In this document: piece after piece, positions 28,217 to 37,262 of the stretch | Layout: the number at the start of each line of letters is the position of its first letter | Numbering within the stretch: position 1 is the stretch's first letter | Virus record (IMG/VR): IMGVR_UViG_3300032053_000038 | Span: 1 to 64,000 of that record | Reading direction: 5' to 3' (one strand) | Length of the DNA: 64,000 nt | DNA from: a virus | Made by a program: the position numbers and the translations under genes | Notes under the pieces: model-generated | Told to the model about the DNA's origin: nothing | The model's input: the letters and a program-made list of their open reading frames with translations, nothing else | Databases searched by the model: none

Positions 28217-29310
28217 TAGCCTATACTCGTTATAATACCATTAGTTACCATTACAGGTCCACTTAAAGAAGCAAATGATCCGGTAACTCCCGGAAGAGTT
28301 CCAACAAGTAATGTCCCCGGAGCTATTGGTAATGATACTATTCCTAAAAATTCAGCTGCCCCGCCTACAAAAAGATTACCAGTAATTTCTGTAGCACCTA
28401 CAGTAAGAGTATTACCTACAAATGTAGATAGTCCTTCTACAGTAAACGCCCCCGAGAAGTTTATAACAGGAGCAACTACAGCGAAGGCAGCTTCTAACAT
28501 TCCGATAAAAGTAGGTCCCACAATCTTCGTCCCTAAAGGATTAATAGTTAATTCGGATGCAGCTATCATTGCTCTTAAAGTAATCTGTGGGGCTAATGGT
28601 GTCGTAATTCCTGGAATAGGATTATAAGAAATTCCAGAAAGAAGGACCAAGTTAAGAGGATCAGTTATACCTAAACTTATAGCGCCACCGGAAGATACAT
28701 CTCCTATTTCTATTCTACTTATAAAAGTATCTAAAACAGGATCTTTATATCCCCAGGTAGATGTAGTCGCTCCCAGTAAATTAGGTCGAATAACAAATGC
28801 ATGTGTTCCAGTAAGAAGACCCGTTCCTTGAATTGTAACAGTGTTTCCAAATATATCGACGGAGTCAGACGAATCATTTACAGATATCTGATTAGCCATC
28901 GTTCCGGAATATAAAGAAACATCACCGCAGTTTTTAGCCCAGAATAATCCTCCCTCTGTCGGAGGAAAATCATCATCATTGCCTGCAGCTTGTATAGCTA
29001 CTTCTCCGGGAAGAAATGTTTGCTCCCCAGTCTCTATTTCATCCTCTGCAGTATCTCTATCTATAGGAGAAGAAACTGGAGTTGGATCACTCAGTAGACA
29101 AACGAATTTAGCAATAGAAGCAGAATCACAATAGAATAAAATTTTTGAGCCAATCTTATATTGTTCTTGGCGTGAAACTGTAATGGGTAGTTGTACTTCC
29201 TGAACTTCGAAGCCCATTGTTGTTTGAACAGAAAGGGAGGTTGAATTATCAGAAGCCCCTTTTTGTGGGCGATTTATTCGGGATACATACCCTTCGAAAA
29301 ATTGAATCAT
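28216..29310 (-). CDS. Baseplate central spike (gpV/gp5-like)
   Basis: OB-like N-terminus, PGE motif, C-terminal beta-helix repeats, ends VTNGIITSI. Confidence 0.7.
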   Translation of the reverse strand: MIQFFEGYVSRINRPQKGASDNSTSLSVQTTMGFEVQEVQLPITVSRQEQYKIGSKILFYCDSASIAKFVCLLSDPTPVSSPIDRDTAEDEIETGEQTFLPGEVAIQAAGNDDDFPPTEGGLFWAKNCGDVSLYSGTMANQISVNDSSDSVDIFGNTVTIQGTGLLTGTHAFVIRPNLLGATTSTWGYKDPVLDTFISRIEIGDVSSGGAISLGITDPLNLVLLSGISYNPIPGITTPLAPQITLRAMIAASELTINPLGTKIVGPTFIGMLEAAFAVVAPVINFSGAFTVEGLSTFVGNTLTVGATEITGNLFVGGAAEFLGIVSLPIAPGTLLVGTLPGVTGSFASLSGPVMVTNGIITSIG

Positions 29311-32300
29311 TTATTTAGAATACCAGGCTCCAGGTAATCCTCCATTGGGCCCCAAACCTGGATCGTGACTAATCATTTTAGCTGGAGACCCTGGAGTAGC
29401 TGGCTTTATTTGCTTCAAAATTGATTGCATGACCAACGCTTCCTTAGTGGGCGCTATTTTAGTACTTGGAGTAGATGGTTTATCATCTACAGAGCCTCCA
29501 AATTTTTCAATGATGTCACTAAGATAAGGTAGCTTCCTAAAAGGTTCTCCCGAACCAACAGCATCCCTTACTGCATGTAGACTAAAGGATGTAGTATATG
29601 ACCCGCCAACAACTAGATTTTTTACTACACTTGTAATATAACCAAACTTACCTTTCTCAAAATCAAAGTAGGTTTTACCTACTTGTATACTGGGATCACC
29701 AACACATTGTACTTCCCCATAAAATCTATTCATATTTTTAAATTCTAAAAAGAAACGACAATACTCAAAAATACCATTAAGATAACTAGTAGTAGTCAGA
29801 CCGGAAGATTTCAATTCTTTTTTAAACGGTTTCATTCTTACGTTTGGATTAACCTGAACAACGTCGGTAAAAAGACCATACTGAGAGAGAATCTTCCCAT
29901 TAGTGTAGTGATAGTATAAAAATGGAGCAACTAGTCCAATTAAATCTACACCGGGGCCGGCTATGTGTTGTTTTGCTATAAAATTATAGGCGTCTTCAGC
30001 ATAAGACGTACGTATTATATTAAGATGAATAGAAGAAATCATATTTCCCATTAGATGATTTGGATCATAGGGATCGGTTTCATTCCACTGGGGAGCTCTA
30101 AGAATGATTCTTCCTCCAGGAGTTTCAAAGAATTCTAAGTAAGACGATGTTTTAACATCATTCATTATTTCCCAAGGAGTCTTCATCTCAGGAATATAAG
30201 AACCCAGCGAACTATTTAAGAATAGAAAGTAAGGTTTAAAACCCTCTGTTCTTTTAAAGTCAACCATTTCAAGAGTACTTCCACCGGCAGCATCACATTC
30301 TTTTTGATGTTTGGTAGTTTGGTGAATTTGAAAATTCGCAGAAGCGTACGCCGCTTTCGTCGGTACCCTTACATTAAACTTACGCATGCGCATTACATTC
30401 GCATATAAAAACATAGGTAAGTTAAATAATAACTTACTGCCCTCCAGATTTAAATTACCATTTTTATTTTTATATTGATTAAGAAAAATCATATCTGAGA
30501 TATCAAAAACGGCCGCGATCTCTTCAATACCGTCCAAATTGCTACTATCTCGAATATACGGTCCATTTAATAAAGCATCTCTACTCTTATAAAATGTCAA
30601 GTTCTTTTCAATAGCCTCCTTTTCAGCCGCCGCTTCATGAAGAGCCTGAAGTTGCTTACCCAAAATAACTAAAATCCCCTGGGGTGGAGTAGTATCCGTA
30701 GCAGGAGTTTCTATGCTAGAAATTGCCCGGTCAACAAAAGTTAAAAGTTCCACTACACCGTTAGAAGGAGAAGACAAAGCTGCATTATTGTAATCCGATA
30801 GATAGGCTTTCAAAGTTGCTATTTTATTATAAACGGTATTACTCATTGGAACAGTAATGGGGAGTTGCCGGAAAAGGAGTTCGGGTGTAGCTTCAGGGGG
30901 CTGAAAGATTACTAACTCCCGAGTCTTAGTAGTTACGACGCTAGGACGATAAGGAGTAGGGCCAGCCAGATTATCCCCTCTATTTTCTGTAGTTTCTATA
31001 GGCAAATCAGGATAGGCCAAGAGTGTATCTATTTTATTAACTAATGCTGTAGTATCAGCTATAAGATTATTATTTTGTAAATTAGGTGTTAAACCCGCTT
31101 GTGTAAACAGTGGTCTAATACTTTGCAAAAAAGCTAAAAGACCTGCGGCATTATTATAAGAAACATCTTCTTTGCGAAGTTCCTGTGTAGTAAGTATTCT
31201 TGCTGCGGTAGAGGTCTTACCTAAGTCTCTTATCTTGAGCTTGTATACACCTTCAAGAAGCAATTCTAAAATTTCATTTGGAGCTAAATCTGCAAATAGA
31301 TTTTGGAAGACAGTAAAGAGGTCGTCTCCCATCGCCTCAGCAGCATCGAAGATAGTCTTCTGCCAGATTGTCGTATTAAATAACCGACGTGAAGCGGCAA
31401 ATAATCCAAGACCACCCTCTCCAGTAATATTTAATAGATTAACTTTTCCAGAAACTTCCATGGAAGATTTCTTCTTGACAAATCCAGTAAACTCTGGTTC
31501 GTACAACGAGAAATATTGGTCAACCACCTCAGGAATTACCTTCTGCAAAGGATAATATAAAAAGTTAGCTTCCTTATCAAAGAAATCTGGATCCATTTGC
31601 AATAAAAGATCTTCAAAGGATGTCGGAGAAATAGGCCACTTATAAACAAAAATGCTTAAAACATCATATTTCTGTACCAAATCACTTAAAGCAATTCCAT
31701 CGACCTCCGGATTAGTTATGCTCTTTAGAAAAGCTATTCTTATTTTCTCGCTTGTATCTAGTTTAAATTCATCTTGAAGAATTTGTACACCGTTCAAGAT
31801 TGAAACAGCACGAAACGGAGCACCTTCGAAATAGATTTTTTTACTTTCAAGGAGCTTTATAAGAGATTCATGAGGTGACAATCCCCTAAAAAGATCAATA
31901 CAGCCCCTTCTAACAGCTAAATCTTTAATTCCCCTTAAACGAATTGCCAGCTCTATCCGGTCAATATCTCTATCGTAATGATCCCCATCATCAACAGATT
32001 GATAAGTAGCTATTCTCTCAATTAAAATATCAGGATCTAATTCAGAAACTAATTCCCCAGAAATAGGATCGTTATTACGGTAGCTTCTGCCTTCGGGAGA
32101 TATTGGGGCTGTTGGAACTGTTGGAGTATATTCTTGAACTGGACCTACAAAAGTTCCTTGAGAAGGCCCTTCAGGACCCACAGGACCCGATGACACTTCC
32201 TCTGCGTAGTTTCCTTTTTCGTCAGGAAAAAAAATAGGGCGTCTTATAGCGTTTGGCGTATCCATCCTTAGTTGATTCATCGGAATAATGACATCCTGTA

Positions 32301-33129
32301 ATGAAACAACCCAATTAATAGTACCAGATGATAAATCTTGTCTTGTATTGTAGCTAGTTACAAATTGTGAAATATCAAAACGAGAAAGATCCTTTGTGTG
32401 TAAGTCGTGAGCAAATTTAACAACTTTAAATTGGGAGCGATCAGCAGCTAAACCTGCTGCAACTGCCTTTGCTGCGTCAACACTGCTCTGACTCTTCAGC
32501 AATTCTTTATCTAAAGTGTTTAATGTAGCTATGGCGCGATTATCTAAGAAGTAAAGAAGATGTGTAATTGTAGCCTCGGTAAATTTATCAAACCTTCCCT
32601 TACCACTCCCTACCCAATATGAAACAGAATATTTAATATTATCAACTAGAGCTGTCCAATCATTAGTAAGAGGAGAATAAGTTAGAACACCCGGCTGTCC
32701 TTGTACAGGCGTTTTCTTTATTGTAATCGAAGAAATATTTTCCGTAGTTATTACTAAGTATTTGGTACCGGCAACATCATTCCAAGATAGAAAAGTTCTA
32801 TAGACGACATCCAGTCTTTCTATTAAAGGTTCTATATGAATAGGGCTATAAGGCAGAACTAAATCATTAAGTGCTCGCTGAATATTCTTCAACTCCTTAC
32901 TTAAAGTAGCAATGTTTACACGCAAAGTTTGCGCCTTATTAGCAACAGTCCTTATAGCATTATAATTCGCCGTAGCTGCTTTAATGGCATCACTCTGCAT
33001 GTCAGGGCGTACTTTACCCTTACCAAGTTTGGTAAAATCGGGCGAGAATTTATAAAGGTATGCTCTTACCTTTAGATATTGAGCGGCATCAAACGTCGAT
33101 AGCTGTTCAAACGTTGGTGAGGTTTCCAT
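29311..33129 (-). CDS. Baseplate hub protein (large, with insertions)
   Basis: DISQFVTS, LEFFETPGGRIILRAPQW, GDPSIQVG..GYITSV....VGGSYTTSFSL..VR. Confidence 0.75.
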   Translation of the reverse strand: METSPTFEQLSTFDAAQYLKVRAYLYKFSPDFTKLGKGKVRPDMQSDAIKAATANYNAIRTVANKAQTLRVNIATLSKELKNIQRALNDLVLPYSPIHIEPLIERLDVVYRTFLSWNDVAGTKYLVITTENISSITIKKTPVQGQPGVLTYSPLTNDWTALVDNIKYSVSYWVGSGKGRFDKFTEATITHLLYFLDNRAIATLNTLDKELLKSQSSVDAAKAVAAGLAADRSQFKVVKFAHDLHTKDLSRFDISQFVTSYNTRQDLSSGTINWVVSLQDVIIPMNQLRMDTPNAIRRPIFFPDEKGNYAEEVSSGPVGPEGPSQGTFVGPVQEYTPTVPTAPISPEGRSYRNNDPISGELVSELDPDILIERIATYQSVDDGDHYDRDIDRIELAIRLRGIKDLAVRRGCIDLFRGLSPHESLIKLLESKKIYFEGAPFRAVSILNGVQILQDEFKLDTSEKIRIAFLKSITNPEVDGIALSDLVQKYDVLSIFVYKWPISPTSFEDLLLQMDPDFFDKEANFLYYPLQKVIPEVVDQYFSLYEPEFTGFVKKKSSMEVSGKVNLLNITGEGGLGLFAASRRLFNTTIWQKTIFDAAEAMGDDLFTVFQNLFADLAPNEILELLLEGVYKLKIRDLGKTSTAARILTTQELRKEDVSYNNAAGLLAFLQSIRPLFTQAGLTPNLQNNNLIADTTALVNKIDTLLAYPDLPIETTENRGDNLAGPTPYRPSVVTTKTRELVIFQPPEATPELLFRQLPITVPMSNTVYNKIATLKAYLSDYNNAALSSPSNGVVELLTFVDRAISSIETPATDTTPPQGILVILGKQLQALHEAAAEKEAIEKNLTFYKSRDALLNGPYIRDSSNLDGIEEIAAVFDISDMIFLNQYKNKNGNLNLEGSKLLFNLPMFLYANVMRMRKFNVRVPTKAAYASANFQIHQTTKHQKECDAAGGSTLEMVDFKRTEGFKPYFLFLNSSLGSYIPEMKTPWEIMNDVKTSSYLEFFETPGGRIILRAPQWNETDPYDPNHLMGNMISSIHLNIIRTSYAEDAYNFIAKQHIAGPGVDLIGLVAPFLYYHYTNGKILSQYGLFTDVVQVNPNVRMKPFKKELKSSGLTTTSYLNGIFEYCRFFLEFKNMNRFYGEVQCVGDPSIQVGKTYFDFEKGKFGYITSVVKNLVVGGSYTTSFSLHAVRDAVGSGEPFRKLPYLSDIIEKFGGSVDDKPSTPSTKIAPTKEALVMQSILKQIKPATPGSPAKMISHDPGLGPNGGLPGAWYSK

Positions 33130-33633
33130 TTAAATAAATTTTCCCAGAGTCTTATTTAGTGCGTTTGAGGCTCTCGCAATAGGTGCGTTAATATTTTCTT
33201 CAAGGAAATCTTGAGCTTCTCCAACAATACCACTAGGCTGAAGAGAAAGATCGTGAATATTAAAAGACTGTCCAGCTAATAACTGAAAGTTAATTTCGTA
33301 AGGAAATCGTAAGAAATTATCAAGAGAGTGGCCTACTGTCAAATTAGTTATAAAACCTTTATAAGCGGTTAACTTATAGTAGAGCTCGCTTAAATTATTT
33401 GTAGTAGTATATTCAAAGTTACTCTTAAGAGATAATAATTCACTATATGCGGATTCTCCCGCTGACCAACCAGTAATAACTATCATCTCAGGCTGACTAT
33501 ACCAAATTTGATATATGATTCCTCCTTGAGTTTGGAGATTTCCATATACCAAAGGGCTTGTAACTCTGATGCTTCTAGGGTTTACAAGAAACTTGACGCC
33601 ATTTATAATTAACGGAAATTTGGTATTAGACAT
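33130..33633 (-). CDS. Tail tube initiator / hub-proximal protein
   Basis: FLVNPRSI..QTQGG..YKGFITNL..FPYEINF; follows tape measure. Confidence 0.7.
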   Translation of the reverse strand: MSNTKFPLIINGVKFLVNPRSIRVTSPLVYGNLQTQGGIIYQIWYSQPEMIVITGWSAGESAYSELLSLKSNFEYTTTNNLSELYYKLTAYKGFITNLTVGHSLDNFLRFPYEINFQLLAGQSFNIHDLSLQPSGIVGEAQDFLEENINAPIARASNALNKTLGKFI

Positions 33634-33635
33634 AA

Positions 33636-35351
33636 TTAGGGAACGCGACCCATGTTATTTTGGTTATCCTGACTATTAACTATATGCTCCAGCCCTTTGT
33701 ATGTAGCATATCCTCCAGCAGCAAACGCCCCAGCAAATGCAATAGGTGGTCCCGCTGTCGCAAGTAACGCAGCACCCCCAGCTCTTATAGCAGATCCAGC
33801 ACCTAATGCTAGAGCAAGCTGTGTAATAGCCGTCCCCGCGTGCACAGCTCCAGCAGCCATAGTACCCACATCTCTACCCATCCAAGTACCTAATGCACCG
33901 GCAAGAGGGCCGGCTACTATCTGCATTATATTCTTTGTATGATTCTCAATCTGCTTGAGAGGCTCTATCATATTTGTTAACTTCTCGATACCAGCAGCTG
34001 TTCTCTTCTGAGGGTCACCTAACTCAGCTAATTTGTCATGCATACCTTGTTCTGTTAAAGCTGAATTCTCCATTACATTTCTAAGTAAGAGAACCTCTTT
34101 AGGTGTAGTGGCATTTATACCCAGAAGTTCAGATACTTTCTGGGCTGCCATAGATTGAGTAGCAAAGTCGCCCGGCAGTGTAGAAGTTATCTGATCAAAA
34201 ACTCTTCTTGCGCTCTCAAAAGGCTTATCAAAGAACTTACCAAAATCTTTTTCCCCTATAGAAGTAACAGGCATACCTGTCGCGAAAGACATTATACCTA
34301 ATGCCTTATCCATTGGCATTTGACCTAAACCAGTAGCAATACGTTCGGCCATCTGTGCAATTTCTACCTGCGTGGTAGACTGACCTAATATTGTAATATC
34401 TCGAGAGAAGGCAGCCATAATGTTGGTGGCTTCTCCCAGATCTGCGCCTACACCACGGAGAGACTTACCCATATTAAGTAAGTGGTCCCCAACTTCTTTT
34501 GTATGCATCCCGGTCTGCTGAGAAAGGATGCTAGCTTCATTATATGCTTTAGTTAGACCACCAGTATCTAAATTTAAATTTCTTGTAGCGGTAATTAATA
34601 TATCAATAGAATCTTTTGTTTGCAATCCAAAATTGGCGAGAGTACCAATTAAGGTAGTCATACCCTCTTCAGTATTCTTAAATGCCGTAGGAGCCTTGAA
34701 AGCAACGTCTGTTAAGAGTTGCATCCTTTCAACTGGGTCCATTGCGCCCGCAGGCACCCCACCTAAGAGGCGACTTGTCGCCATCCCAGGACCCATACCT
34801 CCACCACCTACGGCAGCACTCAATTTTGCTGAAGCAGCTTCGAGTTGGGATGCTAATCCTATAATGGGATTTTTTTCGATCTCTCCTAACAGAGCTCCAC
34901 CCTTAGCGAAAGGGGATTCCGTTATTAGTGCCCTAGATAAGGCTACATCTCGCTCCCTATTTATGTCCGCTTCTGCTTTTCTTATTTTTTCAAGTAGTTC
35001 AGGTTGATCCCTCTCTAACAGTCTTAAAGAGGCCTTTCTTCTATCAAATTGTTCATCCAACTGAGCTTTTATTTTATCTTCTGCAGAACCTATTTCCGCA
35101 TAAGCTTCTTTTTCAAGTTCCCTCTGAGCTTTTAACCCATCTAATTGTGTCTGAATAGCTCTTATTCTATCTTTGTCTTTGTCGTCTTCCCCTTGCTTAT
35201 AAGAAATAGCTTTCTCAATTAGCTGATTTATTTCAGCTAAGGAGCGAGCTATTTCCTTCTGGGAAATGCTTTGATTATAGAGTAAGTCAGCCTCCTTCTG
35301 GAGAGAAGAAATTCTATCATCACCAGAAGATGGATCAGCCGGATCTACCAT
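33636..35351 (-). CDS. Tape measure protein
   Basis: Helical, Ala/Gly-rich, hydrophobic C-terminus; follows chaperones. Confidence 0.75.
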   Translation of the reverse strand: MVDPADPSSGDDRISSLQKEADLLYNQSISQKEIARSLAEINQLIEKAISYKQGEDDKDKDRIRAIQTQLDGLKAQRELEKEAYAEIGSAEDKIKAQLDEQFDRRKASLRLLERDQPELLEKIRKAEADINRERDVALSRALITESPFAKGGALLGEIEKNPIIGLASQLEAASAKLSAAVGGGGMGPGMATSRLLGGVPAGAMDPVERMQLLTDVAFKAPTAFKNTEEGMTTLIGTLANFGLQTKDSIDILITATRNLNLDTGGLTKAYNEASILSQQTGMHTKEVGDHLLNMGKSLRGVGADLGEATNIMAAFSRDITILGQSTTQVEIAQMAERIATGLGQMPMDKALGIMSFATGMPVTSIGEKDFGKFFDKPFESARRVFDQITSTLPGDFATQSMAAQKVSELLGINATTPKEVLLLRNVMENSALTEQGMHDKLAELGDPQKRTAAGIEKLTNMIEPLKQIENHTKNIMQIVAGPLAGALGTWMGRDVGTMAAGAVHAGTAITQLALALGAGSAIRAGGAALLATAGPPIAFAGAFAAGGYATYKGLEHIVNSQDNQNNMGRVP

Positions 35352-35719
35352 TAGATTCTCTCAATTACATCTATATCAACATCAACAACAGCAGGAGTAA
35401 TACTTTGCTCCGTAATATTAAGTCTAGTTAATTCTTCTTCACTTAATTTTCGCCCAGCCATTTTTTCAATATCACTTAAGAATTCAGTAGACTCTTGTTT
35501 TCCTTCCAACTCATCTTGATATGCTTCCGGTCTAATATGGATACAGAGATATTTTAAAAGATCTACCTGCTCTCCTCTATCTTTGTTAATATTAGATATT
35601 AACCAAAGCTTCTGCGGAAGAGTCAAGCTCAAAAACTTTTCATCGTTCGGAGAACAATGAAAGAGTTTACATATCTCGTAATCAGTTCTAAAAAGAGGCG
35701 ACTCTACGTTTTTTTTAAA
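35351..35719 (-). CDS. Tail assembly chaperone, -1 frameshift extension
   Basis: -1 frame open from the slippery site: KKNVESPLFRTDYEICKLFHCSPNDEKFLSLTLPQKLWL... Confidence 0.8.
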   Translation of the reverse strand, partial: FKKNVESPLFRTDYEICKLFHCSPNDEKFLSLTLPQKLWLISNINKDRGEQVDLLKYLCIHIRPEAYQDELEGKQESTEFLSDIEKMAGRKLSEEELTRLNITEQSITPAVVDVDIDVIERI

Positions 35720-36102
35720 CCAGTCAGAACTAGATCCTGATCGGTGACTAGTTCCATATAAAAACCGTAGAATTCTCTCAGTACACGGGTTTGTAGCCCC
35801 GCATAGAACTTACGTAATGTATCCACATCAGCTTCGGTATATACTGCATCGTTGATAGCTACCGTAGCATAGGCTAATGTTTCCACCTGCAATTGCGTAT
35901 ACTTGGCAATTGCGTCAACATTTTCGGAGGCGGGAAGAGTCGAGAGGATTTTATGTTGGCGGGCAGCCGACAGAGTTTGTAGCGATACTACAACACCAGT
36001 AAGAATCTCCTTGGTCTTTTTTATGTAACCAAGTTGAGAAATATCTTTTAGTTCAAGAGGCTTTACAGACTTTTCTTCTTTCTTTTCTTCGACGTTAGAC
36101 AT
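35704..36102 (-). CDS. Tail assembly chaperone (start MSNVEE)
   Basis: AGGAG RBS; ends GGT TTA AAA AAA ACG TAG; between tube and tape measure. Confidence 0.82.
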   Translation of the reverse strand: MSNVEEKKEEKSVKPLELKDISQLGYIKKTKEILTGVVVSLQTLSAARQHKILSTLPASENVDAIAKYTQLQVETLAYATVAINDAVYTEADVDTLRKFYAGLQTRVLREFYGFYMELVTDQDLVLTGLKKT

Positions 36103-36115
36103 TAAAATGTCTCCT

Positions 36116-36658
36116 TTAGGAAGCAACCTCTACAACTTCTCTTTCTGTATAAGCAATATTAACGTCCTGTACGATCTTTAGATCTGATCCACCACCACCT
36201 AATGTATAAGCCTTAGGGTTAGTAGTTAGCCAGCACTTTCTATAAATAGTAATGTTAGTTGGCTGATTAGATCCTTCTGGTACAGCCTCAATTTTGATAA
36301 GAGCAAATGGTTTATACTGGAATACTACGTCGCCATTTTCTATAACGAAGGTTTGTGTAACATCGGAGTCGTACAGAACAACTCGAGTTAGACGTACCGT
36401 TCGCATTTGAACTAGCCCAGGATATACTTCAGTTACAACGCCTGGCTTAGTATAATCCATCTCAAAACGCATGTGAGCTGGGCGATCGTTGGATTCAGTT
36501 AATGATTGAACAGCACCAATCGGCGTATTCTGTACAGCTGTAAGAATAGCTGCCGGATTCGAAAGTTGTCCTGCGTCTAGAGTATCTTCTGGAATGAGTT
36601 TGATTGTAATCGACGTTGCAAGTCGAGCTACAGTTTTTGGAAGCTTTGGAATTGACAT
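36116..36658 (-). CDS. Tail tube protein
   Basis: PIGAVQSL..R..FEM..EVYPG..LTRVVLY..PF..YRKCWLT. Confidence 0.8.
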   Translation of the reverse strand: MSIPKLPKTVARLATSITIKLIPEDTLDAGQLSNPAAILTAVQNTPIGAVQSLTESNDRPAHMRFEMDYTKPGVVTEVYPGLVQMRTVRLTRVVLYDSDVTQTFVIENGDVVFQYKPFALIKIEAVPEGSNQPTNITIYRKCWLTTNPKAYTLGGGGSDLKIVQDVNIAYTEREVVEVAS

Positions 36659-36671
36659 TGGTTAAATCTCC

Positions 36672-37262
36672 CTAAGAATTCAACGTAATTTGCTGTCTTG
36701 GTCCATAGCCGATAACAGCGTCTTCAAATACAGCTGGGTCAGACCCAGGAGTTCGTACAGCATATTCACGAGTTAAGTTTGTTAATAAACACTGCCTAAA
36801 AAAAGTTACTGTTGCAGCAACACCTGATCCCTCTGGAGCACTTTCATGTCTTATAATTATAAATGGTATCTTGATTTGTTGAGAAAGCAAACTCGCCTCA
36901 TTAATACCCGACTGCTTCATTACATCTTCATATCCTAAGATCTGAATAAGATCGCTCTTATATAGAACAGCCCTTCTTAAATTGATTCTCCGCTGTAATG
37001 GAGAACCCATAATCTCTAAAGGCTGTCCTGGAATATCAGAATCAAGCTCGTGTCTAGGTGTACCCGTTCTTTCCTGAGTATCAGTAAAACTAACAACACC
37101 ATCTAACAACTTCATTTGAGTCTGAATTGCTGAAAGAACCGTCCTCGGTTGAAAGATAGACTTAAAGAAAGTTCCCAGACTGATTGCGTCTTCCCGCAGC
37201 GTATAAAAACTAACCGATGTGGCAAGACGAATCTGTGTCTTAGGAAGATTCGGAATAGCCAT
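36672..37262 (-). CDS. Tail tube paralog
   Basis: MAIPNLPKT..RLATS and LRRAVLY..PF..FRQCLLT parallel the 36116 protein. Confidence 0.75.
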   Translation of the reverse strand: MAIPNLPKTQIRLATSVSFYTLREDAISLGTFFKSIFQPRTVLSAIQTQMKLLDGVVSFTDTQERTGTPRHELDSDIPGQPLEIMGSPLQRRINLRRAVLYKSDLIQILGYEDVMKQSGINEASLLSQQIKIPFIIIRHESAPEGSGVAATVTFFRQCLLTNLTREYAVRTPGSDPAVFEDAVIGYGPRQQITLNS

